Positions 1-10,334 of a stretch of 64,000 nt of DNA are shown in pieces (within the stretch, counting starts at the first letter, position 1; each line of letters begins with the position of its first letter). The DNA is from a virus, in the IMG/VR virus record IMGVR_UViG_3300027816_000055; one strand, given 5' to 3'. A program made the position numbers and the translations under genes. Under the pieces are notes generated by a model that worked only from the letters and a program-made list of their open reading frames with translations, did not search any database and had not been told where the DNA came from.

Positions 1-1
1 A

Positions 2-1810
2 ACTCCATCCACAATTATAGTTCATTCCATACCTTTAGTATGGAATGAACTTATTTCTAACAGTAAATTTAACATTACTGATAAAACACAGATTATTGGA
101 AGAACCGTTTGGGAGTTTGAAAAAGTACATCCTGATTGGATTGATAGTATTAATAACAGTGTTGTAACTCATGTTAGCGTTCCCACTGAATGGAATAAAA
201 ATATATTTTTAAAGGCAGGTATATTTAAGCCTATTATTGTTGAACCGCATATATTTGTTGACTTTCAAAATCAATTATATACGATTGAACACTTACTAAA
301 GAAAAGTGTAGTTTTAATAAAATCTGACATTAAATTGTTAAATATAAAAGATTATTATAAATTCTATTGTATAGAACAATTGACAGATAGAAAGAATTTA
401 ATTGCAACATTGCATTCTTATTGTAAAGCATTTAAATCAACTGACAAAGTTGCACTATTTTTAAAAACATTTAGATCAAATTATTCAATACAAGAACAAG
501 TCGAGTGTGCTAAATATTTAAATGAATTATCTGCTCAATATCCCGATCACGCACCTATTGTATATATTAAAGAACAATTAAATCATGATGAAGTACACAG
601 TATGCATTATCATTTTGATTGTTATGTAAGTTTAACTCACACTGAAGGATTTGGTCTTAGCATTTATGACGCATATAAACACAATAAAAATCTTATTGTA
701 ACTGGATATGGAGGTCACGTTGAATATTTAGGAGAAAATTATTCGGGATTGGTCAGATATAACACATCCCCAGTAAATTCATACATAACTCAAAAACATT
801 ATTTAAATGAAGATTATGTATGGGCTAATGCTGATGAAAATCATGCAATTGAACTGATGCAGAACGCGTATCAGAATGGAATGGAATCAGAAAAATATTG
901 TGTATCAAATTTTACATTAAATAATAATTCCATACCAATTCAAATTCAAAATTCAAATGTTAAGTTGTTAAACTTACCATATGATGCAAATAATTTTTAT
1001 TTTAATCCAGCAATATTTAAATTTAATAATAATAAATATTTGATGACTAGATATTGCCATATTGATGAAGATAAAATTCCACATAACACGTTAAAATTAT
1101 TTAACTTAAATGAAGGAATAAAAGAAATTCCGTTAAAAATTAAAGATGAAGTTCAAGACGAACAATATGAAGATCCAAGAGTATTAATTCATCAAAATAA
1201 AATTTATGTGGGATGTGCAAATTATCAATTACATGTTTCTGAAAAGATACATCAAAAAATATTAGTATTTGATAGTGCGTTTAATCATATTGAAAATATT
1301 CATCCTGTATATGACGGTAATTCATCTAATTGTTTAAGTAATACTCGTTCCCAAAAAAATTGGACATATTTTGTACATGATGATAAAATTCTATGTGTGT
1401 ATCAAATGCATCCACACACAGTTATAGAATTTGATAACACCGGTCGTATATTGACTGAATACAAAACTTTTGTTGATATTACTAAAACATGGCGCTTTGG
1501 AGAACCGCGCATGGGCAGTAATCCAATTCTGAAAGATGGTATATACTATAATTTCTTTCATAGTAGCGTTCCTTGGAAAAATCCTAAACGACAATATTTT
1601 ATGGGATATTATACATTTGAAGCTAAACCTCCATTTAAAATTATTGAAATCTCAAAGGAGCCTATTATTTGGGGAAATGAATCGGATTTTAGATTTTTAC
1701 CAAATTTTAATCCAATTGTTGTATTTCCATGTGGAGCTATTTATGAAGATAATAGTTTTTATGTTAGTTTTGGATTTAATGACGAAAAGACAGGAATTAT
1801 AAAATTATGA
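2..1810 (+). CDS. 5'-truncated GT4-like glycosyltransferase fused to a C-terminal GH130/GT91-like beta-propeller domain
   Basis: Frame is open from base 2 (GRTVWEFEKVHPDW). GT4 motif LTHTEGFGLSIYDA; C-terminal YEDPRV, QKNWTYF and VVFPCG motifs. Confidence 0.75.
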   Translation, partial: TPSTIIVHSIPLVWNELISNSKFNITDKTQIIGRTVWEFEKVHPDWIDSINNSVVTHVSVPTEWNKNIFLKAGIFKPIIVEPHIFVDFQNQLYTIEHLLKKSVVLIKSDIKLLNIKDYYKFYCIEQLTDRKNLIATLHSYCKAFKSTDKVALFLKTFRSNYSIQEQVECAKYLNELSAQYPDHAPIVYIKEQLNHDEVHSMHYHFDCYVSLTHTEGFGLSIYDAYKHNKNLIVTGYGGHVEYLGENYSGLVRYNTSPVNSYITQKHYLNEDYVWANADENHAIELMQNAYQNGMESEKYCVSNFTLNNNSIPIQIQNSNVKLLNLPYDANNFYFNPAIFKFNNNKYLMTRYCHIDEDKIPHNTLKLFNLNEGIKEIPLKIKDEVQDEQYEDPRVLIHQNKIYVGCANYQLHVSEKIHQKILVFDSAFNHIENIHPVYDGNSSNCLSNTRSQKNWTYFVHDDKILCVYQMHPHTVIEFDNTGRILTEYKTFVDITKTWRFGEPRMGSNPILKDGIYYNFFHSSVPWKNPKRQYFMGYYTFEAKPPFKIIEISKEPIIWGNESDFRFLPNFNPIVVFPCGAIYEDNSFYVSFGFNDEKTGIIKL

Positions 1811-3012
1811 TCGCCGATTTTATTCTTGGAATAATTACATACAATCGATATGACTATTTAGATGACCTATTAAACACTTTGCAAGATCAATCAATCTTGC
1901 CTAAAGAAATAATCATATCTGATAACGGAATTGGATATACATTGAAAAAAAATATAAACATACCCGTTACTATTATTAAAAATGCGTATAACTATGGAAC
2001 GTGTAGAGCACTAAATCAAATAATAAAAATTGCATCGGGTCAAACGATAATGTTTATATGCGATGATATCTATTTTACATCAAATGATTCATTAAAAAGT
2101 ATATATGATAAATTTAATAAAAATCTAAAAGAAGATAATATACATTTAATATGGTGTAATCATTGGGCAGCTTTCATCGCTTCACCAGCTTGGATTGAAA
2201 AAACCGGATATTTTGATGAGAATATATGGCCATGTTATTTTGAAGATTCTGATATGGTTGAAAGAATTAGAAAAAAACAAAATAATAATATATCTCATAA
2301 TTGTATCGGATTTAAATCGGTTAGAATGATAAACAATTTTGAAGAAACAGAAGTACTCGGTAATAAACGGGGCACTGCGGAGCCACTGATAACAACTAAA
2401 TTTTCAGATTTCAAAGATCGTAACTTATTTTATTTTTTGTATAAGTGGAAAAATACATTTAATCTAAATGAAGATATGCATTTGAATACAAAACATTTTT
2501 ATGTGGAACAATCCGATGTAGATTTGTTTGATTTTGAAAGACAATATCTTAATAATCAAATCTCTTCAGTAAATATACACAATCCACAAAACAATGCCGT
2601 TGGTTTTTTTGATGAAATAATCGATCTTAAAAAATATAATATTCAAAATATTATCGAGTATAAAACTGATAGAGCATATATTTCTAGAATTTTACTACAT
2701 CTTAAACCACTTCAGTTCACAACAATACGAGATGAACCACAATTACAACATGATATTTTACATCACTTAAATTATTTATTTAATTATAAAATTAACATTA
2801 TATTCAAAGATAGTAAAATATTAGACGATATTAATTATGAAAATTATGATTTATTAGTATTAAACAATCAACAAGTTCCATCAAATATCAAAGATATAAA
2901 ATATATTTTATATTTTTCAAATAATGACAATTTAATTATAAGCAATTACAAAAAAACAATAATTAAAAAAAATGTAAATAACACATACATGATATTTTTT
3001 GAAAAAATATGA
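1807..3012 (+). CDS. GT2-family glycosyltransferase with C-terminal extension
   Basis: IITYNR...IIISDNG, FICDDI, GYFDENIWPCYFEDSD. Confidence 0.8.
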   Translation: MIADFILGIITYNRYDYLDDLLNTLQDQSILPKEIIISDNGIGYTLKKNINIPVTIIKNAYNYGTCRALNQIIKIASGQTIMFICDDIYFTSNDSLKSIYDKFNKNLKEDNIHLIWCNHWAAFIASPAWIEKTGYFDENIWPCYFEDSDMVERIRKKQNNNISHNCIGFKSVRMINNFEETEVLGNKRGTAEPLITTKFSDFKDRNLFYFLYKWKNTFNLNEDMHLNTKHFYVEQSDVDLFDFERQYLNNQISSVNIHNPQNNAVGFFDEIIDLKKYNIQNIIEYKTDRAYISRILLHLKPLQFTTIRDEPQLQHDILHHLNYLFNYKINIIFKDSKILDDINYENYDLLVLNNQQVPSNIKDIKYILYFSNNDNLIISNYKKTIIKKNVNNTYMIFFEKI

Positions 3013-3923
3013 ATATCGGATATTTCTTCATGAATGCAAACAGCATCGGCGACACTGTTGCTGGTGCTCGACTATTTTTTGCATTATATCACTACGCACA
3101 GTTAAAACAATTAAGAAAGATTGCAATATTGCATATTGCAAATCAAATAGAGTTGAAACTTACGTGCGAAGGCCAGATTGATTCAACATGGGCAATTTAT
3201 ACAGAACTACTGACATTGTATAAAAAAGCGAATATTTTGGATGATTTTACATATATTTGCGGTATATCCGATGAAATAAAAGATAATCCGTCAAGTAGAC
3301 AAAAGATAGAAGACACGATTAAACATTATTTCTCTAAAAGAAATGCGTCAATTGAATGTATGTTAGATAATAAACTAGAACTTTGGAATCATTTCCATTC
3401 TATTATTAGTAGTGATGCTATAATTAAATTTTATCAAGAGCGATTTGCTTTCTTGAAAGAGGATATCACAGAAAATTATAATATAGTGCAGTATTGTAGT
3501 CATCATTATTCACCGCATCACGTTGATAAATTTGCAAAATGTCATAAACGAATATCATTCTCAAATTTAACAAATTGGATTGAATCAAATAATATAATTG
3601 TTAATAAATTTGTTGGCAGCACTATAGATTATGATTTGACACAACGCTGTATTGAAAAGCTTCAGCCATTATATCCAAACAAAATATTCATAAATATGTG
3701 CGGCGATCTTTATTTAGAAGACACATTTAAACAAATATACAACGCTTCCAATGTTTTATCAACCGAAAGCTTTGCCGGACTATTGGGTGGTGTATTTAAT
3801 AAACCTAGTATTATTTATTTTAGACATGAACTAGTACAAACACTACTTAACTTTAAAAGTGGTCTAGATTTATTTCCTAATTTAACTATGAAATTAGATA
3901 ATGTTTTAACAGAGAATGATTGA
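3009..3923 (+). CDS. GT9 (heptosyltransferase)-like glycosyltransferase
   Basis: N-terminal SIGDTV; C-terminal NMCGDLYLED...VLSTESFAGLLGGVFNKPSI resembles the GT9 C-terminal signature. Confidence 0.55.
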   Translation: MNIGYFFMNANSIGDTVAGARLFFALYHYAQLKQLRKIAILHIANQIELKLTCEGQIDSTWAIYTELLTLYKKANILDDFTYICGISDEIKDNPSSRQKIEDTIKHYFSKRNASIECMLDNKLELWNHFHSIISSDAIIKFYQERFAFLKEDITENYNIVQYCSHHYSPHHVDKFAKCHKRISFSNLTNWIESNNIIVNKFVGSTIDYDLTQRCIEKLQPLYPNKIFINMCGDLYLEDTFKQIYNASNVLSTESFAGLLGGVFNKPSIIYFRHELVQTLLNFKSGLDLFPNLTMKLDNVLTEND

Positions 3924-4533
3924 TAATTATATACAATTAAACAATAAACTTATAAAACAAAATATTGTAAATAAAATTACAAAAGAATATTTTGATTATT
4001 ATAATAAAATTAGAACATCTAGTTTACAGATAAGCTATTTGCGTCTTGGATTTTTACTTGGAAATTTAAACTTTATTCCAAAATCATTATTGGATGTTGG
4101 ATATGGTAATGGTGATTTTTTAACAGTTAGTGCCGATATAATAGAAAACTGTTATGGATATGATGTATCAAACTATCCGGCACCAAATAAAATTAAAAAG
4201 ATAAATTCATTGTATGAAAATACATTTGATGTCGTAACGTTGTTTGACGTATTAGAGCATTTTGATGATGTATACGATATAAAAAATATTAAAACGAAAT
4301 ATTATCTAATATCAGTACCAGAATGTCATTATTTTTCTGACGATTGGTTTTTTAATTGGAAGCACCGAAAACCAAATGAACATATATGGCATTTTAACAA
4401 AACTTCGTTAGAAAACTTTATGAATGAAATAAATTTTGATCTAGTAAAATATTCAAATATAGAAGATGTCATTCGTAAACCAGTGGATGGTAATACAAAT
4501 ATTTTAACCGGATTATTTAAAAATAAGTTATGA
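3916..4533 (+). CDS. Class I SAM-dependent methyltransferase
   Basis: LLDVGYGNG, FDVVTLFDVLEHF. Confidence 0.85.
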   Translation: MIDNYIQLNNKLIKQNIVNKITKEYFDYYNKIRTSSLQISYLRLGFLLGNLNFIPKSLLDVGYGNGDFLTVSADIIENCYGYDVSNYPAPNKIKKINSLYENTFDVVTLFDVLEHFDDVYDIKNIKTKYYLISVPECHYFSDDWFFNWKHRKPNEHIWHFNKTSLENFMNEINFDLVKYSNIEDVIRKPVDGNTNILTGLFKNKL

Positions 4534-5138
4534 TAAATTATAATTTAGTAAAAGGTATAGAAGGGTGGTGTAGCACTGAAAAAATGACAAAAATGACAAG
4601 TCTTATATTAGCTACCAAACCACAACGTGTAGTAGAAATAGGTGTTTTTTATGGAAAATCTTTAATATGTCAAGCATTGGCAATGAAGAAAAACAAAATC
4701 GGAAAAATATATGGAATTGATTCATGGAATCCAATAGATTGCTTAATGCATATGACAAATGAAAATGACATTAAATGGTGGAGTTCATTAAACTATGACA
4801 TGATTTATGATCAATGTATAACGAATATAAGAGAATCTGAAACAGAACATTTCGTACATATTTTAAAAGATAATTCGATGAATGTCGCTAATAATATAAA
4901 TTTTCCTATAGACATCCTTCATATTGATGGAAATCACGAAGCATTATCAGCGTGTCAAAACGTTTCATTATATGTACCAAAAATAAAATCTGGTGGATTT
5001 TTATGGTTTAATGACGCCGATTGGGAACAAAGTAAAAAAGCAATCGAATTAATAGAACAAAACTTTAAATTACAATTAATTGATAAAGCCAAATCGGATG
5101 ATATTAATAATCATTGTAACCTATATATTAAATTATAA
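4530..5138 (+). CDS. Class I SAM methyltransferase (Methyltransf_24-like)
   Basis: VVEIGVFYGKS, IDILHIDGNH, GGFLWFND. Confidence 0.85.
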   Translation: MINYNLVKGIEGWCSTEKMTKMTSLILATKPQRVVEIGVFYGKSLICQALAMKKNKIGKIYGIDSWNPIDCLMHMTNENDIKWWSSLNYDMIYDQCITNIRESETEHFVHILKDNSMNVANNINFPIDILHIDGNHEALSACQNVSLYVPKIKSGGFLWFNDADWEQSKKAIELIEQNFKLQLIDKAKSDDINNHCNLYIKL

Positions 5139-6010
5139 TGAATAATTACATTACAAAAATAACAGCGGGATATCCATATAACGATTTTAATTTTTATATT
5201 GGTGATGAAACTGGAAAAGCATGGTATGATGATGTTGTTATTTACAAAACAACAGATCCATATCCAGTTCATGTGAGTTTGAAAAAAAATGAAAATTACA
5301 AATCATATATTTCTTTTGAATTAATTTTATGTACTTTGTTTTTTTATAATAAAATAAATTTCAAAGATCATTTGTATGCAAATAAAAACACAAATAATTA
5401 TTTAATTGACCTTTATCAAAAACTCAATAATATTGATAATACGTACAATAAACTGGATACAATTATTGATGTTGGAGCACATCATGGATTCTATTCATTA
5501 AATTATTCATCAATTTCTAAAAAGGTAATTGCAATCGAACCGTATATAAAAAATTTTGCAATACTACAAAAAAATCTTGAAATTAATAATATAAATAATA
5601 TTTTTGCATACAATTATTATATTACAAATCAAAGAAATAATTTATCATTTACTAATTTGGATAAATTTAAATTTTGCAATGAAAATTTTGAAAGTTGTGA
5701 TTGTATAACTAAAACACTAGATGATTTATTGCCATATTGTTCTAATAATATGTTAATTAAATTAGACACTGAAGGAGAAGAAGTAAAAATTTTAGAGCAA
5801 TCACAACAAGTAATAAAACAATACAAACCTAATTTTTTAATTGAGTTACACTCAACGTGTCTTGAAGATTTGAATGATATTAAAAAGTATATTCCTGTTA
5901 AAAATTATGAGATTGTAAAAATTAACAAATATACATTTTATCCCGAATTATCAACTGAAAATGACAATTATAATAATTGTGGATATCTATTTTGCCGAGC
6001 ATTAATATGA
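5138..6010 (+). CDS. FkbM-family methyltransferase
   Basis: IIDVGAHHGFYS, IAIEP, IKLDTEGEE. Confidence 0.85.
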   Translation: MNNYITKITAGYPYNDFNFYIGDETGKAWYDDVVIYKTTDPYPVHVSLKKNENYKSYISFELILCTLFFYNKINFKDHLYANKNTNNYLIDLYQKLNNIDNTYNKLDTIIDVGAHHGFYSLNYSSISKKVIAIEPYIKNFAILQKNLEINNINNIFAYNYYITNQRNNLSFTNLDKFKFCNENFESCDCITKTLDDLLPYCSNNMLIKLDTEGEEVKILEQSQQVIKQYKPNFLIELHSTCLEDLNDIKKYIPVKNYEIVKINKYTFYPELSTENDNYNNCGYLFCRALI

Positions 6011-6690
6011 ACAAATTACCAAAAATATTCTGTTTAACTTTAAAAAGCACCCCAAAGCGAAAAGAATACGCTGAATCCCATTTTAAAAAACATAATGTTG
6101 ATGTTGAATTTTTTGAAGGATTCGATGGTCCATTATCCGGATTAAGAACAACAATACCATTTACGGAACACGACAAAGAGATATTTATAAGACAAGGTCG
6201 TATCGGATGTATTTTATCTCATTATATGTTATGGAAAACAATATGGCACAGCTCATATGATGAAGTTTTAATTCTAGAAGATGACGCACAACTGGTAGAT
6301 AATTTCACCGAAAAATTCCTAGAAATAAAATCCAGATTGCCGAATGATTGGCAATATGTGTTTGTTGGACATTGTTGTTTACCACAAATGGAACACAATA
6401 CTATTATATCAGATGGAATAATATATCCAATACATCCCCCGATGTGTACACATGCTTATATGATTAAAAAATCAAGTATACCAACACTGATAGATACCAA
6501 TAGTCAAATCCAAGCGGCAGTTGATGTTCAAATACAATTAAAATCATTAAAACAATTAAAACATTACGTTTTAAATCCTCCATTAGTAAATCAAATGTCG
6601 TTACTTCAGCAACAAAATCCTGAATTATTTGATAACAATGATAAAACATTTGCATCTTTAACATTGGATGCAAATTTTGAATCATACTAA
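6007..6690 (+). CDS. GT25-family glycosyltransferase
   Basis: GCILSHYMLW, LILEDDA, CTHAYMI. Start moved to the ATG at 6007. Confidence 0.85.
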   Translation: MNKLPKIFCLTLKSTPKRKEYAESHFKKHNVDVEFFEGFDGPLSGLRTTIPFTEHDKEIFIRQGRIGCILSHYMLWKTIWHSSYDEVLILEDDAQLVDNFTEKFLEIKSRLPNDWQYVFVGHCCLPQMEHNTIISDGIIYPIHPPMCTHAYMIKKSSIPTLIDTNSQIQAAVDVQIQLKSLKQLKHYVLNPPLVNQMSLLQQQNPELFDNNDKTFASLTLDANFESY

Positions 6691-6767
6691 AACTATTCAC
6701 TTTAGATTCAACATTCTATGACAAGTCATTTGAATCTTTTTCTAATTTAAATAAAAAGTATTTTTTA

Positions 6768-7475
6768 CTATCCTATAATATTAATATTTTTAATACCAGT
6801 AGCATGTGCATTCAAATGCAATAATTTTACTGGATTTTTATTCTCCTTTTCATAAATAAATGGAGGATGTGTATATCCTGAATGTAATAATTTGCAAGGA
6901 TTATTTAAAATGTATTTATTAAAATGAGACTCGTCATGCCATATAGCGATATAATTATTTTTTAAATCTTTATTAATATTTTCATTCAATTCCATAGTCA
7001 TTTTAATAAAAGATTGTGCATTCGATCCAAAAAAACAAGCCTGACAATATTTTCCATATAGCATATCCGTAACTTCTACATATGCGGTTGAATTTATATT
7101 TGTTTCATATGTTCCGGTAGAATTTTCTAAATAAAAGTGTTTTGCCGCAACAATTTCATTATTAACGGGTAATATTTCTTCTGTGATAGTGGTATGTACC
7201 AACATATCGCAATCAATATAATAAATATAATCAAATGTTTGTAATAGACTTGATATACTATTAAAATAAAAAAATCTCATTAAAGTGGTAATTGGCCATG
7301 GTAAACAATTGATTTTAATAGTGTTTGTATTTATATAATTTATATCTTTATCTGTAAATACAAATAAAGTTTTATCGTGATCTGGTAGAAACTTTAAAAA
7401 TATACTTCTGTGCAATGGTTCTAAAAATGAAATATATTTATCAGTTGCAATCGTTAATATTGCTATTTTTGCCAT
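6768..7475 (-). CDS. GT6 (ABO-like) glycosyltransferase
   Basis: IATDKY, YIDCD (DXD), AIWHDESHFNKY. Confidence 0.9.
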   Translation of the reverse strand: MAKIAILTIATDKYISFLEPLHRSIFLKFLPDHDKTLFVFTDKDINYINTNTIKINCLPWPITTLMRFFYFNSISSLLQTFDYIYYIDCDMLVHTTITEEILPVNNEIVAAKHFYLENSTGTYETNINSTAYVEVTDMLYGKYCQACFFGSNAQSFIKMTMELNENINKDLKNNYIAIWHDESHFNKYILNNPCKLLHSGYTHPPFIYEKENKNPVKLLHLNAHATGIKNINIIG

Positions 7476-8188
7476 AATTTAAAATTGTTTAATTGTGATT
7501 TGTAAGTATCATAATACCATCCAGTGAAATGATAAATATATCCTTCCATAGTTTTTGAATTTAATGGCGGATCAATATAATTCCATTCTTTAGAAATATG
7601 TATCAGTTTATCATTCAAATAATACATAGTAGTATAGTTTAACAATGCCTGTTCAACTTGATGAATTCGTGGATACGGATCTTGTATCAACGACAATGCT
7701 TTGATCATATGATCGAATAAATACAAATGTTTTTGTGGAGTAAATAAGAACATTCCAGCATTAAAAAAATTATCGTTGTATATTTGATACTCTAAATTGA
7801 CATTTAATACGCGTTTACATTCGTTATACCAAGGTCTACAAAGTTGATTGTTTTTGAAATCCTGTTTGATTTCATCTGAAAGAAATGTCTGCTGCATGTC
7901 TTTGACAACATAAAAATAATCCGTGTCGTTGAAAATATCAAAGGGATTTGGTGAATCGTGTTTTATCAACACATCAGTATCAAGATACATACATCTATCA
8001 AAATTTAATGTTTGATATGGTAAGTATAATTTTGTAAACATATCATGAAATCTACTTGGTTGAAGTGGAGTTTCTATGCGTAGATATTTACAATTCCAAT
8101 TTGCACATGCACATTTAATACTTTCTTCAACATTTGAAGAAACGATATGTGGATTATTTTTTGTATTAAATGATACAATACAATTCAT
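7463..8188 (-). CDS. GT8-like glycosyltransferase
   Basis: YLDTDV, FNAGMFL, EQALLN, EWN, IYHFTG. Confidence 0.85.
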   Translation of the reverse strand: MNCIVSFNTKNNPHIVSSNVEESIKCACANWNCKYLRIETPLQPSRFHDMFTKLYLPYQTLNFDRCMYLDTDVLIKHDSPNPFDIFNDTDYFYVVKDMQQTFLSDEIKQDFKNNQLCRPWYNECKRVLNVNLEYQIYNDNFFNAGMFLFTPQKHLYLFDHMIKALSLIQDPYPRIHQVEQALLNYTTMYYLNDKLIHISKEWNYIDPPLNSKTMEGYIYHFTGWYYDTYKSQLNNFKLWQK

Positions 8189-8198
8189 AAACATATAT

Positions 8199-8895
8199 AT
8201 GCATATGACTATTGAAGATTGGAAATTTTTAGTAGATACTGAAATATCTCATTGGAATAATGTATTTTATAAATATACCACAGATACAAATTCATATTTA
8301 CATCAATATGTAAAAACTAGATTATACATAGAATTACCGGTTCATAGAAATGTTCAATTGTTGATAGATTCAATAAAAAAAAAATAAAATAACAATTTTG
8401 GATGTAGGATCTGGTCCTTTTCCTTTTTTGGGAAGAACGTCCACAAAAAATATACAACTAACTGCGGTAGATTATTTAGCAGAAAGTTATTATAAATTGT
8501 ATAATCAGTATAATGTTTATCCTCCAACGATTCCAATCGCATTGGATGCATCGGAATTATCTTTGAATTTTCAACACAATTCATTTGATATTGTTTATGC
8601 TAGAAATAGTATTGATCATACATATAATCCAATAAAATGTATTCAGGAAATGGTGAATGTTTCCAATAAATATGTTATTCTTGAACACAAAATAAATGAA
8701 GGTATTGTTGAAAATTATCACGGATTGCACAATTGGAATTTTTTCATTAAAAACTCTAAATTTTATATTAGTAATAAATGCGGCGATGAAATTTGTGTTA
8801 ATGATTTATTACCAACATCGACAATTAATTGTCAGTTAACTATTGAAGAAGAAGAAAAAATTACCGATTGGTTAGTGGTTATTATTGAAAAATAA
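8199..8895 (+). pseudogene. SAM methyltransferase split by a frameshift in an A10 tract (8375-8384)
   Basis: Removing one A joins the frames as ...IKKNKITILDVGSGPFP...FDIVYARNSIDH. Confidence 0.75.
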
Positions 8896-8908
8896 TATTT
8901 AAATCTAT

Positions 8909-9841
8909 ATGAAACTTTTATTTGTTGTACATCGCACGTATCCTTACAATGGAGGATCGGAATATAATATTAAATTAATTAGTGAAGCGATGGCTAAAGA
9001 AAAATATCAAGTAACCGTTTTGACTGATTGCAGTCAGGGAAATTATGGAAATGTCACAGTTATTAATGATAGAAACGAATTATTTTCATGCCAATATGAT
9101 TGGATAATCATTCACGGAAATGATATGCCAATTCAAGATTATGCATTATTAAATATTAAAAAAATCAAAGCAAAAACTTTATACTGGATAATTAAACCAT
9201 CTGATAGCGAAAGTGCAATAAATGGTTTTAAACACGCGACGGCAATAGGATGGGGCACATCATATGATTTTAATCATGCTTTAAAATATAATTGTGCAGC
9301 AAAAGCTAAACATATCAGATATTCTGTCGATTTGAATGATTGTTTTGGAACAAAATCAACACATAATGATTTCGTTTTTTTAAGTTCCGGGGGATTTGGT
9401 GCTCATAAAGGATTTTGTGATTTAATTGATATATTTACAGAGTTAAACGTACCAAATACTAAATTGATTTTAACAGGATATATAGGTGATCCTCCTATTT
9501 CAACGAATAAAAATATAGAAGTTTTTAAAATAAATAATCGATTGGATTATTTAAATATACTTGCAAATGCGGATGTATACATAATGAATAGTTATAGTGA
9601 GGGATTTGGATTGGTTTTATTAGATGCAATGATCAACAAAATTCCATGGATTAGTAGAGATATCGCAGGAGCGACTGATATGAAACAATACGGAAACATC
9701 TATTCATCCAATCAAGAATTAAAAAAATTAATTTTAAATTATAAACACGATCAAAATAAAATTGAGGCAGCATATGACTATATTTTAAATGAAAAAACAA
9801 TTAATTGTATGGTAAAAGATTTTTATTCTATACTAAACTGA
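8909..9841 (+). CDS. GT4-family glycosyltransferase
   Basis: GGFGAHKG, YIMNSYSEGFGLVLLDAM. Confidence 0.85.
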   Translation: MKLLFVVHRTYPYNGGSEYNIKLISEAMAKEKYQVTVLTDCSQGNYGNVTVINDRNELFSCQYDWIIIHGNDMPIQDYALLNIKKIKAKTLYWIIKPSDSESAINGFKHATAIGWGTSYDFNHALKYNCAAKAKHIRYSVDLNDCFGTKSTHNDFVFLSSGGFGAHKGFCDLIDIFTELNVPNTKLILTGYIGDPPISTNKNIEVFKINNRLDYLNILANADVYIMNSYSEGFGLVLLDAMINKIPWISRDIAGATDMKQYGNIYSSNQELKKLILNYKHDQNKIEAAYDYILNEKTINCMVKDFYSILN

Positions 9842-9857
9842 TTTAATATTTATATAT

Positions 9858-10334
9858 ATGCCAAAATTAAAAGAAAACGAAATGGGCGATAGAATGATGA
9901 CGGGATTACCCTATTCACAAGGTGGTGGATTGGGTACTACTGGTGTAGATACTATTAATAGTCCAGATATCAGTCAGAAACCAGAAAAATTTAAATATCC
10001 ACAAACCGCTACAAGTGCAAGTGATATTACTACACCCACCCCTGACCAATATGATAATACATCACCCGAAGGTAGCGAAAATTTTAAAAATGATGTAGAT
10101 GCTATTAAAAACGTCGTAACACCAGATGAAGTATTGACAGGTATGCAATATGAACTGAAACAAATGGTATTCAAACGTAAAGATATTGCAAAACAACTGG
10201 TCGTATCCAATTTAAAGAAAGATCCAAAGTTCTATAGTAAATTGCATATGATGCAAGTCGATGAAAACGGAGTTCGTCAAGAAGCCATTAGTGATATTAT
10301 TCGTGAAATGAAAAAAAGAAAGCGTTATCTATGA
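9858..10334 (+). CDS. Hypothetical protein with a degenerate DUF5661-like motif
   Basis: GMQYEL...NLKKDPKFYSKL resembles the motif in the next gene. Confidence 0.6.
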   Translation: MPKLKENEMGDRMMTGLPYSQGGGLGTTGVDTINSPDISQKPEKFKYPQTATSASDITTPTPDQYDNTSPEGSENFKNDVDAIKNVVTPDEVLTGMQYELKQMVFKRKDIAKQLVVSNLKKDPKFYSKLHMMQVDENGVRQEAISDIIREMKKRKRYL

